Source: a bacterium (GTDB lineage Bacteria; Patescibacteriota; Gracilibacteria; UBA1369; PNNO01). From it: a stretch of 64,000 nt of DNA. The position numbers were made by a program, and so were the translations under genes. The DNA lies in NCBI GenBank assembly GCA_021158225.1, contig JAGGUZ010000005.1, forward strand, positions 18,882 to 82,881. Reading direction: 5' to 3'. Shown one piece after another: positions 18,230-28,396 of this stretch (position 1 is its first letter; each line of letters begins with the position of its first letter). The notes beneath the pieces are model-generated. The model made no database searches and was not told the origin of the DNA. It worked only from the letters and a program-made list of their open reading frames with translations.

Positions 18230-19429
18230 TTATGAACCGATTACCTTAAGAAATCTTCTTTTTCCGACCTGAATAACAGTTTCTTTATCTGATGAGATTG
18301 TTATTGTTTCATCAGTTATTTTGTCTCCGTTTATCTTAACAGCACCTTGGGAAAGTAATCTTCGAGCCTCGCTATTTGAAGAGGCTAATCCATTATTCAC
18401 AATTACATTTATCAGTTTTATTTCGTTAGTACCAAGTTTTATCAGCTTAATATCGTTTGGCAATTGATGTTGGCTAAAGACATTCATAAATTCCTGTTCC
18501 ACCTTTTCTCCGTCATCTTTTGAGTGATAAATCGCTACAATTTCCTTCCCAAGTCTTTTCTTAAATGTCATTGGATTTTCTCCTTGGCTTATTGCTTTTT
18601 TAATTTTATCTATTTCTGATAATGGCACATCGGTTGCAAGTTCAAAATACTTTGTAATCAGTTCATCTGGTATGCGCATAACTTTCCCGAACATATCTTT
18701 TGGATTGTCATCAACTGCAATATAATTATCTTCAGATTTCCCCATTTTTTTTACGCCATCTGTTCCTTCCAGAATAGGTACGGTTAAAATATCTTGAGGG
18801 ACTTGGTTGTAAGCTTTTTGTATTGTTCTTCCTGCTAACAAATTAAATGTTTGATCTGTCCCTCCAAGCTCGAGATCCGCTTTTAGTGCTACAGAATCGT
18901 ACCCTTGCATTAAAGGATATAGGAATTCGTGCATAGAGATAGGAAGATTTTTACTTGCTCTGTCCTGAAACATGTCACGTTCCATCATTTGAGCAACGGT
19001 AAAACAAGATGCAAGCTGAACAACATCAGTCAAAGAAAGTTTTTCGAGCCAATCCGCATTCCAACGTACTTCAACTTTGCTTATATCAAGTAAAATACTA
19101 ACTTGATCTATATACTTTCGTGCATTTTTATCAAGTTGTTCTTTAGTTTTTGCTTTTCTTGCCTCCATTTTTCCTGTGGGGTCTCCTATTTGTCCCGTAA
19201 AATTTCCGAATAGAAATATAATTTGGTGACCCATATCCTGAAATTCTTTCAATTTTTTAATAACAACCATGTGACCTATATGAAGATCTGCTCCTGATGG
19301 ATCTATTCCGAATTTAATCTTTAGTTGCTTGCCGGACATCAATTTCTTTTTTAATTCTTCCTTTTGAATAACATCAACAGTTCCTCGAGAAAGAACTTCA
19401 TCAATTTTTTCAGCTGAAATATCAACCAT
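18230..19429 (-). CDS. tyrS: tyrosine--tRNA ligase
   Basis: 399 aa with the HIGH motif (DLHIGH), a KMSKS-type motif (KMGKS) and a C-terminal S4 domain. Confidence 0.95.
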   Translation of the reverse strand: MVDISAEKIDEVLSRGTVDVIQKEELKKKLMSGKQLKIKFGIDPSGADLHIGHMVVIKKLKEFQDMGHQIIFLFGNFTGQIGDPTGKMEARKAKTKEQLDKNARKYIDQVSILLDISKVEVRWNADWLEKLSLTDVVQLASCFTVAQMMERDMFQDRASKNLPISMHEFLYPLMQGYDSVALKADLELGGTDQTFNLLAGRTIQKAYNQVPQDILTVPILEGTDGVKKMGKSEDNYIAVDDNPKDMFGKVMRIPDELITKYFELATDVPLSEIDKIKKAISQGENPMTFKKRLGKEIVAIYHSKDDGEKVEQEFMNVFSQHQLPNDIKLIKLGTNEIKLINVIVNNGLASSNSEARRLLSQGAVKINGDKITDETITISSDKETVIQVGKRRFLKVIGS

Positions 19430-19562
19430 AATATAATTAGTTTAAATTATAACCTTACTTGTAAATAATATGGCTTTTTCAGGCTTTTGTAAATTATATT
19501 TTTACGCAAACAAAAAAGCAGAAGCGCGCTCCTCTTCCACTTTTTTGGCTTCTACTCTTTTG

Positions 19563-19610
19563 GTGTAGCTAGTTTGTTAGTGCTCTATGACTCCAACTAA
19601 CTAGCTGCAC
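19563..19610. other. long imperfect hairpin (18 paired positions, 12-nt loop) in the tyrS / TrmB-like divergent intergenic region
   Basis: Positions 19563-19580 pair with 19593-19610 (15 Watson-Crick pairs, one T-G, two mismatches). The T-G pair is a wobble only in a plus-strand RNA. A perfect palindrome TATTGT-T-ACAATA follows at 19625-19637. Confidence 0.6.
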
Positions 19611-19740
19611 TTACTATAGTAGAGTATTGTTACAATATTATCAAGGTTTTATGACACTCTCCAACAATCACTTGATTTATTGGTGTATTACTGCAATAAT
19701 ACAAGTGTTGGCGATTGCAAACAACATGATCTCATTTTAT

Positions 19741-20529
19741 ATGCTTACCGGAATTTTAAAAAAAATAGGACTTAATGAAAAAGAGTCACAGGTATATCTT
19801 TCACTTCTTGAACTTGGTGCCCAGCCTGCCAGCATTATAGGTAGGAAAGCCAATATAAACAGATCTACGACATATCTTGTTTTGGAGTCTCTTATTAAAA
19901 GGGGCTATGTAAATGAACATGTGCGTGCAGATGTAAAATATTTTGCGGCTGCAGATCCTCAAATAATTGTTCAAAATCTTGAACAACAGGAGCATAAAAT
20001 TGATGCAAATAGAGAAGAATTTATAGAACTCTTACCTGAATTTTATGCTTTAACGAATCCTCTTAGTATTAAACCGAGAATAAGATTTTACGAAGGGGAG
20101 GAAGGTGTTAAAAGAGCGATGAATGATACATTAAACGCAAGTGAGAGTCTTTATGCTTGGAGTGCTTTTGATTCCTGGTTTAAGGCTCCTCAAAGCTTAC
20201 AAAAATATATCAAAGAATATGCAAAATTGCGTGCTGAAAAATATAAAATCCCGGTAAAAGTTATTGTACGTGATACTCCGGAAGTCAGAAAATACCTTCT
20301 TAAGCAATATCCTACATTGGAAGACGATAAGGACCCTCTAATGGAAATAAGATGGGTCCCGAAGGGAATTCCGGCGTTTAATAACGAAACAAATATTTAT
20401 GATGATAAAGTATCTATTGTGTCTCTTGCAAGAAACGAATTACTCGGAATTATTATAGAGAGCCACGAGATTGCACAACTTCACAAAGCCATTTTCCAAA
20501 TGTCATGGAACTCTGCTAAAAAAAGCTAA
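19741..20529 (+). CDS. TrmB-family winged-helix transcriptional regulator
   Basis: The N-terminus LKKIGLNEKESQVYLSLLELGAQPASIIGRKANINRSTTYLVLESLIKRGYV is a typical TrmB HTH. The track start at 19627 is TTG and adds an implausible extension, so the ATG at 19741 was chosen. Confidence 0.7.
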   Translation: MLTGILKKIGLNEKESQVYLSLLELGAQPASIIGRKANINRSTTYLVLESLIKRGYVNEHVRADVKYFAAADPQIIVQNLEQQEHKIDANREEFIELLPEFYALTNPLSIKPRIRFYEGEEGVKRAMNDTLNASESLYAWSAFDSWFKAPQSLQKYIKEYAKLRAEKYKIPVKVIVRDTPEVRKYLLKQYPTLEDDKDPLMEIRWVPKGIPAFNNETNIYDDKVSIVSLARNELLGIIIESHEIAQLHKAIFQMSWNSAKKS

Positions 20530-20533
20530 ATAT

Positions 20534-21475
20534 ATGAAGAAAGATCAAATTAAGATTGATGATTCAAATAATAATAAGAGAATCGATAAGTTTCTATCTG
20601 AATATTTTCCGGATTATTCGAGAGCTTCTATTCAAAAATCTATTAAAAACGGGATGATAACCGTTAATGAGGTTAAAGTGAAACCACATTATGATCTTAA
20701 AAAAAACGATATTGTTAATGTTTTTTTAAGTGATAATCAAGTCTATTTTCCAAAGCCGGAAGATATCAAGCTTACTATTGTTTTTGAAAATCCCGACCTT
20801 GCCATAGTGGAAAAACCTTTCGGTATGGTTGTTCATCCCACTCAAGAGGGTAAGCATCTTTCAGGAACACTTGTTAATGCGCTTTTAAAGCATTTTGGTG
20901 CAAAACACTTAAGTTCTATAGGTGGTATGTTGCGTCCGGGCATTATTCACAGGCTTGATAAAGATACTTCGGGATTGCTCATTATTGCCAAAAATAACGA
21001 AATTCATAAATATCTGGTTGGATTAATGAAAAAAAGAGATATTACAAAAAAATATTTAACGCTTGTTCGAGGACATCTTAAACATGAAACGGGACGCATA
21101 GAAGCTCCTTTAACTCGAGCAAAGCGTGATAGAAAAAAAATAGGTCTAGCTATGCCAAAAGAAGGACGTGAAGCTATTACAGAATATAAAACAATCGGTT
21201 TTTACGGACCTTATACTTTAGTTGAAGCAACGATTTTAACTGGAAGAACACACCAAATTCGAGTACATTTTGCTTCAATAGGACATCCTGTTGTTGGGGA
21301 TGAACTTTATGGAGATAAGAAAGTAAATAAAGATCTTAGAAAGTTGGGATTAAAAAGACAATTTCTCCATGCCACCAAACTTTCTTTTAAAATGCCGAAT
21401 GGAGAAAAAATAAATATAAAAAACAAACTGCCTTCAGATTTGAAAGCAGTTATTAAATCTTTGGAAAAAGAATAA
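20534..21475 (+). CDS. rluD: RluA/RluD-family 23S rRNA pseudouridine synthase
   Basis: An S4 domain followed by the catalytic motif HRLDKDTSGLLIIAK, plus GRTHQIRVH. The ATG at 20534 follows the previous stop at 20527-20529. Confidence 0.9.
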   Translation: MKKDQIKIDDSNNNKRIDKFLSEYFPDYSRASIQKSIKNGMITVNEVKVKPHYDLKKNDIVNVFLSDNQVYFPKPEDIKLTIVFENPDLAIVEKPFGMVVHPTQEGKHLSGTLVNALLKHFGAKHLSSIGGMLRPGIIHRLDKDTSGLLIIAKNNEIHKYLVGLMKKRDITKKYLTLVRGHLKHETGRIEAPLTRAKRDRKKIGLAMPKEGREAITEYKTIGFYGPYTLVEATILTGRTHQIRVHFASIGHPVVGDELYGDKKVNKDLRKLGLKRQFLHATKLSFKMPNGEKINIKNKLPSDLKAVIKSLEKE

Positions 21476-21477
21476 CT

Positions 21478-21894
21478 TTATTTTTTGTCTTCCGTTTTCT
21501 TTGTAGCCGGTTTTTCAGTTGTAGTTTCCTTCTTTACCGATTCTTCTTTGGGTTTAGCGGTTGTTTCTTTCTTGGTAGTGATACCGATTTTAATATCTTT
21601 GATTTCAAGAACACTTAAATCTCTTCTATGGCCAATTGTTTTTTGATATCTTTTTTTCGGTTTCATTTTAAAAACTCTAATTTTATCCCCTCTTTTATGT
21701 TCAATAACTTCAGCTTCAACTTTAGCACCTGCAACATAAGGATTACCGACCTTAATACTTTTTTCATTCTCTGCATAGAGTAAAACTGTATCAAATATAA
21801 CTTTACCTTTTTCCGTATCAAGCTTGTCGACTTCGATTTTGTCGTTTTTAGCTACTTTATATTGTTTTCCAGCTATTTCTACTATTGCGTACAT
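21478..21894 (-). CDS. rplU: 50S ribosomal protein L21 with a K/T/E-rich C-terminal extension
   Basis: MYAIVEIAGKQYKV...KMKPKKRYQKTIGHRR is the L21 core. About 35 extra low-complexity residues follow. Confidence 0.9.
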   Translation of the reverse strand: MYAIVEIAGKQYKVAKNDKIEVDKLDTEKGKVIFDTVLLYAENEKSIKVGNPYVAGAKVEAEVIEHKRGDKIRVFKMKPKKRYQKTIGHRRDLSVLEIKDIKIGITTKKETTAKPKEESVKKETTTEKPATKKTEDKK

Positions 21895-21952
21895 GATGTT
21901 TTCGTTAAATTGCTCAGTAACTTTAATGAAAAGCCTCTAAAAAATCAAGTTT

Positions 21953-23859
<1,907 letters not shown>

Positions 23860-23915
23860 TTAATCCATGCACCTTGCATTCTATCAGGATCTGGCTATAG
23901 TTAATATAGATAAAT

Positions 23916-24000
23916 GCCGAAGTGGCGGAATTGGTAGACGCGCACGACTCAAAATCGTGTTCCGCAAGGAGTGAGGGTTCGATTCCCTCCTTCGGCACCA
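23916..24000 (+). tRNA. tRNA-Leu (anticodon CAA), CCA encoded
   Basis: Hand-folded. Acceptor GCCGAAG/CTTCGGC, anticodon arm CACGA-cuCAAaa-TCGTG, long variable arm, T-arm GAGGG-TTCGATT-CCCTC, 85 nt. Confidence 0.9.
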
Positions 24001-24005
24001 GCTTC

Positions 24006-26039
24006 CTATTTAAACATGTTTTTTAATCTTAGTTTTCTATTGTACTGTATAGCGAATCTATGAGCTTCGTCTCGGATTTGTTGTAATAAGTAAAGACCTT
24101 CGGAGTTTTTATTCATAATGACAGGCAGTTTTTTGCCGGGAACAAATATATGTTCAAACTTTTTTGCAATCGCAATAACAGGTATATCCAAATTCAGTTC
24201 TTTTAAAACTTTCACCCCTTGTGTCAGTTGACCTTTTCCCCCATCTATAAGAATCAAATCGGGCTTAAGTGAAAAGCCTTTATCGTCTTTGTATTTGGAT
24301 TTATTCAAGAGTAAATAGTCAAATCCCCTTTTCTTTTTAAGGCTTTCTGGAAGTTTTTTTAAATGTTGAAATCCAAGCTGTTCACATATACGAGTCATAT
24401 TTTTTCTACTTTCAATATAAACGCGATTTCTTTTTGTTTTGATTGTAAGTGCTTTAACAAATTCTTTACATACAATCTCTTTTTTTGAAATGAATTTTAT
24501 CGATTTAATAACCGATAAATCTTCTTTGTTAATTATTTCCGCAGTTCCAATTTGTTTATCGTCTAATACTCCTTTTGCGATGTTTTTACGCACTTTTACA
24601 ACGATATTTGTTTGAGATTTTGTTAGATAAAGACTTCGTCTTTTTATAACTTCAAGAATTGCCGCAAAATCATCCGGCTTTCCATCTTCAACCGTTTTAA
24701 TTTTAAATTTTTTATAATCTTTTTTAAACGGAGCTCCATCTTCAAATACAATCATGGAAGCCACTTGACTAGTTCCTCCAAGATGTGAAATATCAAAGCA
24801 CTCTATTCTCTTTGGTTTTTTCTTTAAATTTAAAGCTTTCATAATTTCTATAAGAGCTTTTTTCTTGCGAGCGCTATCCGATTGCCACCTTGCTTGATTT
24901 TGTTTTACAAAATTTTTAACGTTATTTAGCGTGAGATCCAAAATTTTCTTTTTTTCACCTTGTCTCGGAGAAATAATTTTAATCTTTTTTTCGGCGATTT
25001 CAGAAATCCATTCTTCCATGTATTTACTTAAATCTAGCTGAGTTATAAGAATTTCTCTCGGGAAATCGGTTGTTTTTTCGTAATATTGCGTAAGAAATGC
25101 CTCCAAAATTTCTTGATTGTCGGAATCTTTTTCTTCTATGTCAATTGCATTCAAAACAAAATTTTCCTGATTAATCAGTTTCCCATCCCTTATCATAAAC
25201 AGAGTAAAAAAAACCTTTCCCATTTGGCTAATAAAAGCTATGGCATCTGTATCTTCTTTACGCGGAGATGTAATTACCTGCTTTTCGCTAATTTCTTGAA
25301 TTGCATTAAGTTTATCTCTAAGCTTAGCAGCTTTTTCAAATTTTTTTTCTAAAGCTGATTCTTGCATTTGCTTTGTTAAATAAAAAATTATTTCTTCAGT
25401 ATTGCCCTTTAAAAAACGTATTATTTGGTTGATTATTTCCGCATATTCATCTTTTGTGCAATTCCCGATACATGGACCCAGACAGCGTTTAATATGATAA
25501 TCCAAACATGGATATTTTATCGTCTTATTGGTGACCTCCACTTTTCCACGAACTTCTTTAAGGGAAAGATTGCAATGTCTGTACGGAAAAATTTTTTTGA
25601 GTACATCAAGCGTTTTTCTCACTTTTGTCGCAGATGTTTTTGGTCCAAAGTAAAGGGCTCCGTCGTTTAATACTTTTCTAACAATATTTATTCGAGGGAA
25701 ATCCTCATTCCGTGTTACTTTTATATAAACAAAATTTTTATCATCTTTCATTAAGATGTTATATTTCGGTCTAAATTCTTTTATTAGATTTGTTTCAAGC
25801 AAAATCGCTTCAAGTTCGTTGTCGACAACAGTAGTTTTTATATCATCAATTTGCTCTACCAGCTTACGTATTCGAATAGAATGTTTGTGAATTTGTTGAT
25901 AATAGCTTTTAACTCTTTTTTGTAAATTAATAGCTTTCCCTATATATAAAACAGTTCCGGTTTTATCGATAAACCGATAAACTCCCGGACTTTTGGAGAT
26001 ACTGTCTATTAATTTTTTAATTTTAGTTGACGGTTTCAT
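24006..26039 (-). CDS. uvrC: excinuclease ABC subunit C (atypical: large internal insertion, no C-terminal HhH)
   Basis: GIY-YIG domain (PGVYRFIDKTGTVLYIGKAINLQKRVKSYY), a Cys cluster, a UVR domain and an RNase H-like endonuclease domain (DISHLGG..., LILIDGGKGQL, RDEAHRFAI). The track GTG start at 26054 lies inside a terminator stem. The ATG at 26039 (MKPSTK) is preferred. Confidence 0.9.
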   Translation of the reverse strand: MKPSTKIKKLIDSISKSPGVYRFIDKTGTVLYIGKAINLQKRVKSYYQQIHKHSIRIRKLVEQIDDIKTTVVDNELEAILLETNLIKEFRPKYNILMKDDKNFVYIKVTRNEDFPRINIVRKVLNDGALYFGPKTSATKVRKTLDVLKKIFPYRHCNLSLKEVRGKVEVTNKTIKYPCLDYHIKRCLGPCIGNCTKDEYAEIINQIIRFLKGNTEEIIFYLTKQMQESALEKKFEKAAKLRDKLNAIQEISEKQVITSPRKEDTDAIAFISQMGKVFFTLFMIRDGKLINQENFVLNAIDIEEKDSDNQEILEAFLTQYYEKTTDFPREILITQLDLSKYMEEWISEIAEKKIKIISPRQGEKKKILDLTLNNVKNFVKQNQARWQSDSARKKKALIEIMKALNLKKKPKRIECFDISHLGGTSQVASMIVFEDGAPFKKDYKKFKIKTVEDGKPDDFAAILEVIKRRSLYLTKSQTNIVVKVRKNIAKGVLDDKQIGTAEIINKEDLSVIKSIKFISKKEIVCKEFVKALTIKTKRNRVYIESRKNMTRICEQLGFQHLKKLPESLKKKRGFDYLLLNKSKYKDDKGFSLKPDLILIDGGKGQLTQGVKVLKELNLDIPVIAIAKKFEHIFVPGKKLPVIMNKNSEGLYLLQQIRDEAHRFAIQYNRKLRLKNMFK

Positions 26040-26040
26040 A

Positions 26041-26090
26041 AAAAAAATCCTCACATCGCAATTTTAGTATATCACGATGTGAGGATTTTA
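26041..26090 (-). terminator. intrinsic terminator downstream of the SLH surface-protein gene (symmetric A/T tracts, potentially bidirectional)
   Basis: A perfect 12-bp stem, ATCCTCACATCG (26047-26058) with CGATGTGAGGAT (26075-26086), and a 16-nt loop. It is flanked by A7 and T4, so the minus-strand RNA ends in a U7-8 run. Confidence 0.55.
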
Positions 26091-26111
26091 TGTCGGATTT
26101 AATTTAAATTG

Positions 26112-28205
26112 TTAAAGCCCGGCTTGATGAAATCTATAGAAAAGTTCAGCTACATTTCCACGTTTCATTCCTTCTCCAGGATAAAAGTTTCCATCTTGAG
26201 CGGTATCTACTAAAGCATGATCTTTTGAGACTTGTACATATTTAGCATACCAAGCATCATTTGGAGTATCCGGATATAAAGTATACGGAGGTACTATCGT
26301 AGAAAGGTCTATAGTTGAAGTCTCAAGGAAAATCTTAAGCATTTCAACCTTGTTAACTTGTTGGCCAGGTTTAAAAGTTCCATCTGGGTAACCTGCAATA
26401 ATTCCTTCGTGTTGGCCTGTTCTTAAGTATGTCATATACCAAGAATTAACTGTTACATCACTAAAACCAAGATCTGTCCCATCATCCGGCAATAGAGAGG
26501 TGTTAAATCCAAGTAGAACTACTTTTGTAGTTTCAGCACGATTAATTACATCGTTTGGTCTAAAAGTTCCGTCAGGATAACCTGCGAAAATTCCTTGATC
26601 TTTTACATATTGAATTGCAGGACAAATAGGATCGCTAATAGGTACATCCGGGAATCCTGCGCAACCTGTTTGGTTAGCTGATAAGTCAACTTTTACATCA
26701 CCTGTTTGAGCGGCATAACCTTCTGAATTTTCCGCATAAACTTTAAATTGGTAAGTTTTTTCAGCAACAACATTACTTGAATCATCTCTTCCATCCCAGA
26801 CTGTTGTGTGAGTTCCTGAACCCTCCACCTCAGATGAAACAGTTCTAATTAAAGTTGAACCATCATAAATTTCAACTTTAACATTAGAAGTTAAATTTAA
26901 GTCGTAAGATATTGTTGTCGTGTCGTTTACTCCATCAGCGTCCGGAGAGAATATATTTGGACTGGCAGTTGCGCTCTGTACTTGAGGCATAGCGGCAAGA
27001 TCACCATCAGCTTCGATTGCTCCAGGATCCGTAGCGTAAGTTGCATCCGCATTTCCATCTCTTGGCCTTTCTGTTCCAAAGTAATCATTTGTAACTTGAG
27101 CTATTTCGGCTCCTTTATCTATACACATAGAACCTGTTCCAAGAGCATAATCGTTTTCGTTCGGTGAATTAATATTTGCAAGAACTGGGTCACAGTCGGA
27201 TTCATGGCTTGCCATAGTTAATCCTAATGAACCGTTTGCATAATAAACATTGTAATCATGACCGGCACCTCCTTGTAGGTCGACGGCATGATTAGAATTG
27301 TTTGCTATAACATTATTTTTAAATTCAGCACCACTAATCCCGGTAGGGACAACTATTCCATCTTTATTATTTACAATAGTATTATTATAAACCTTTGAAT
27401 TATTCCTAAGGTAAATTCCGGCTTTACCCCCTTTGGTTATTATATTATTGTAGATAACGGAATTTTCACCAGATATATTACAAAAACCAGCATTGTTACC
27501 AGCATTGTTATATAAGAAGTTGTTGTGAATTTCACCTGTTGAAATTGCTCCTATAATGTAGATTCCAGCTCCGTAAGTGTCTACGTCATGAATGAAATTA
27601 TCATAAACCTTAATACTATCTCCATTTTCAGCGTTTACAAGAACTCCTCCAGCCATGGTTACACAATTTTCAATTTCAACTTCAGATACAGATACGAATC
27701 TCTTAGTTGTGAAATTTCCATCTGTGGTATTTACCACTATAACTCCGCTTCCTGAGAATTGATCATGAATTTTTAATCCGGAAATTGTTGAACTAATATC
27801 CGTAATTTCTATCGTATTTGAAGATCCACCTTTAATAGAAGTTTGATGATTCGAAATATCTCTATCGGCAAAGTGATTGTAGTATCCACCATATATAGAG
27901 ATGGTTTTTCCTGAAAGATCGAGTGGGAATGTCTCGGAATTGTAATCACCTTCTTCAACATAAATTACATATGAAAGATCGGCTCCGGCTTTAGCTATCT
28001 CAACAGCTTTACTAATTGTCTTTACCGGATTGCTCTTTTCCCCAGTACCTGTATTAGACCCCGCTGTTGAAACATATAACGGTGTTCCTATTACATATAT
28101 AGGGGTAATTGGGGAAATGGGGAAGTATGCCCCTGCAGGCAAAGCCATTGTTACAAACATGGCAATCCCTACAATCATTGTGACTGTTCTCCTTACAATG
28201 TTCAT
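26112..28205 (-). CDS. secreted surface protein: right-handed beta-helix repeats, FlgD-Ig-like domain and three C-terminal SLH domains
   Basis: Signal peptide MNIVRRTVTMIVGIAMFVTMALPAGA. PbH1-type repeats (NNFLYNN..., VIYNNII..., KVYNNTIVNN..., FKNNVIANN). A FlgD-Ig-like segment (IFSPDADGVNDTT...WDGRDD). Three SLH units (FPDV...GYPDGTFRPN..RAE, FSDV...GYPDGTFKPG, YPDT...DGNFYPG). Confidence 0.8.
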   Translation of the reverse strand: MNIVRRTVTMIVGIAMFVTMALPAGAYFPISPITPIYVIGTPLYVSTAGSNTGTGEKSNPVKTISKAVEIAKAGADLSYVIYVEEGDYNSETFPLDLSGKTISIYGGYYNHFADRDISNHQTSIKGGSSNTIEITDISSTISGLKIHDQFSGSGVIVVNTTDGNFTTKRFVSVSEVEIENCVTMAGGVLVNAENGDSIKVYDNFIHDVDTYGAGIYIIGAISTGEIHNNFLYNNAGNNAGFCNISGENSVIYNNIITKGGKAGIYLRNNSKVYNNTIVNNKDGIVVPTGISGAEFKNNVIANNSNHAVDLQGGAGHDYNVYYANGSLGLTMASHESDCDPVLANINSPNENDYALGTGSMCIDKGAEIAQVTNDYFGTERPRDGNADATYATDPGAIEADGDLAAMPQVQSATASPNIFSPDADGVNDTTTISYDLNLTSNVKVEIYDGSTLIRTVSSEVEGSGTHTTVWDGRDDSSNVVAEKTYQFKVYAENSEGYAAQTGDVKVDLSANQTGCAGFPDVPISDPICPAIQYVKDQGIFAGYPDGTFRPNDVINRAETTKVVLLGFNTSLLPDDGTDLGFSDVTVNSWYMTYLRTGQHEGIIAGYPDGTFKPGQQVNKVEMLKIFLETSTIDLSTIVPPYTLYPDTPNDAWYAKYVQVSKDHALVDTAQDGNFYPGEGMKRGNVAELFYRFHQAGL

Positions 28206-28225
28206 GGAGAGTTGGGTTAAGAATG

Positions 28226-28254
28226 TTGACTGAACACAATCTCGAGTATATATA
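28226..28254 (+). promoter_or_regulatory. candidate sigma70-type promoter (TTGACT - 17 nt - TATATA) facing the 28397 gene
   Basis: TTGACT at 28226-28231 and TATATA at 28249-28254, read directly. -10-like strings are frequent in this AT-rich DNA, so support is weak. Confidence 0.3.
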
Positions 28255-28396
28255 AATTAAACTAATTTGTCACTATATATAAATAATCAAGATATACTCA
28301 ATCATACTTAATAACGACGCGGTGAATAATATATTACAGATTATATGGTAAAATTTACAAAACAGTATATAATATAAGTCCTTATAAAAGCTTTTT

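Noticed and set aside
19430-19620. T-box leader upstream of tyrS (minus strand).
   Set aside because: I found no T-box consensus (AAnnnGGGUGGnACCGCG-like), specifier-loop/K-turn Stem I features or terminator/antiterminator alternative. The helix present is a plain long hairpin.
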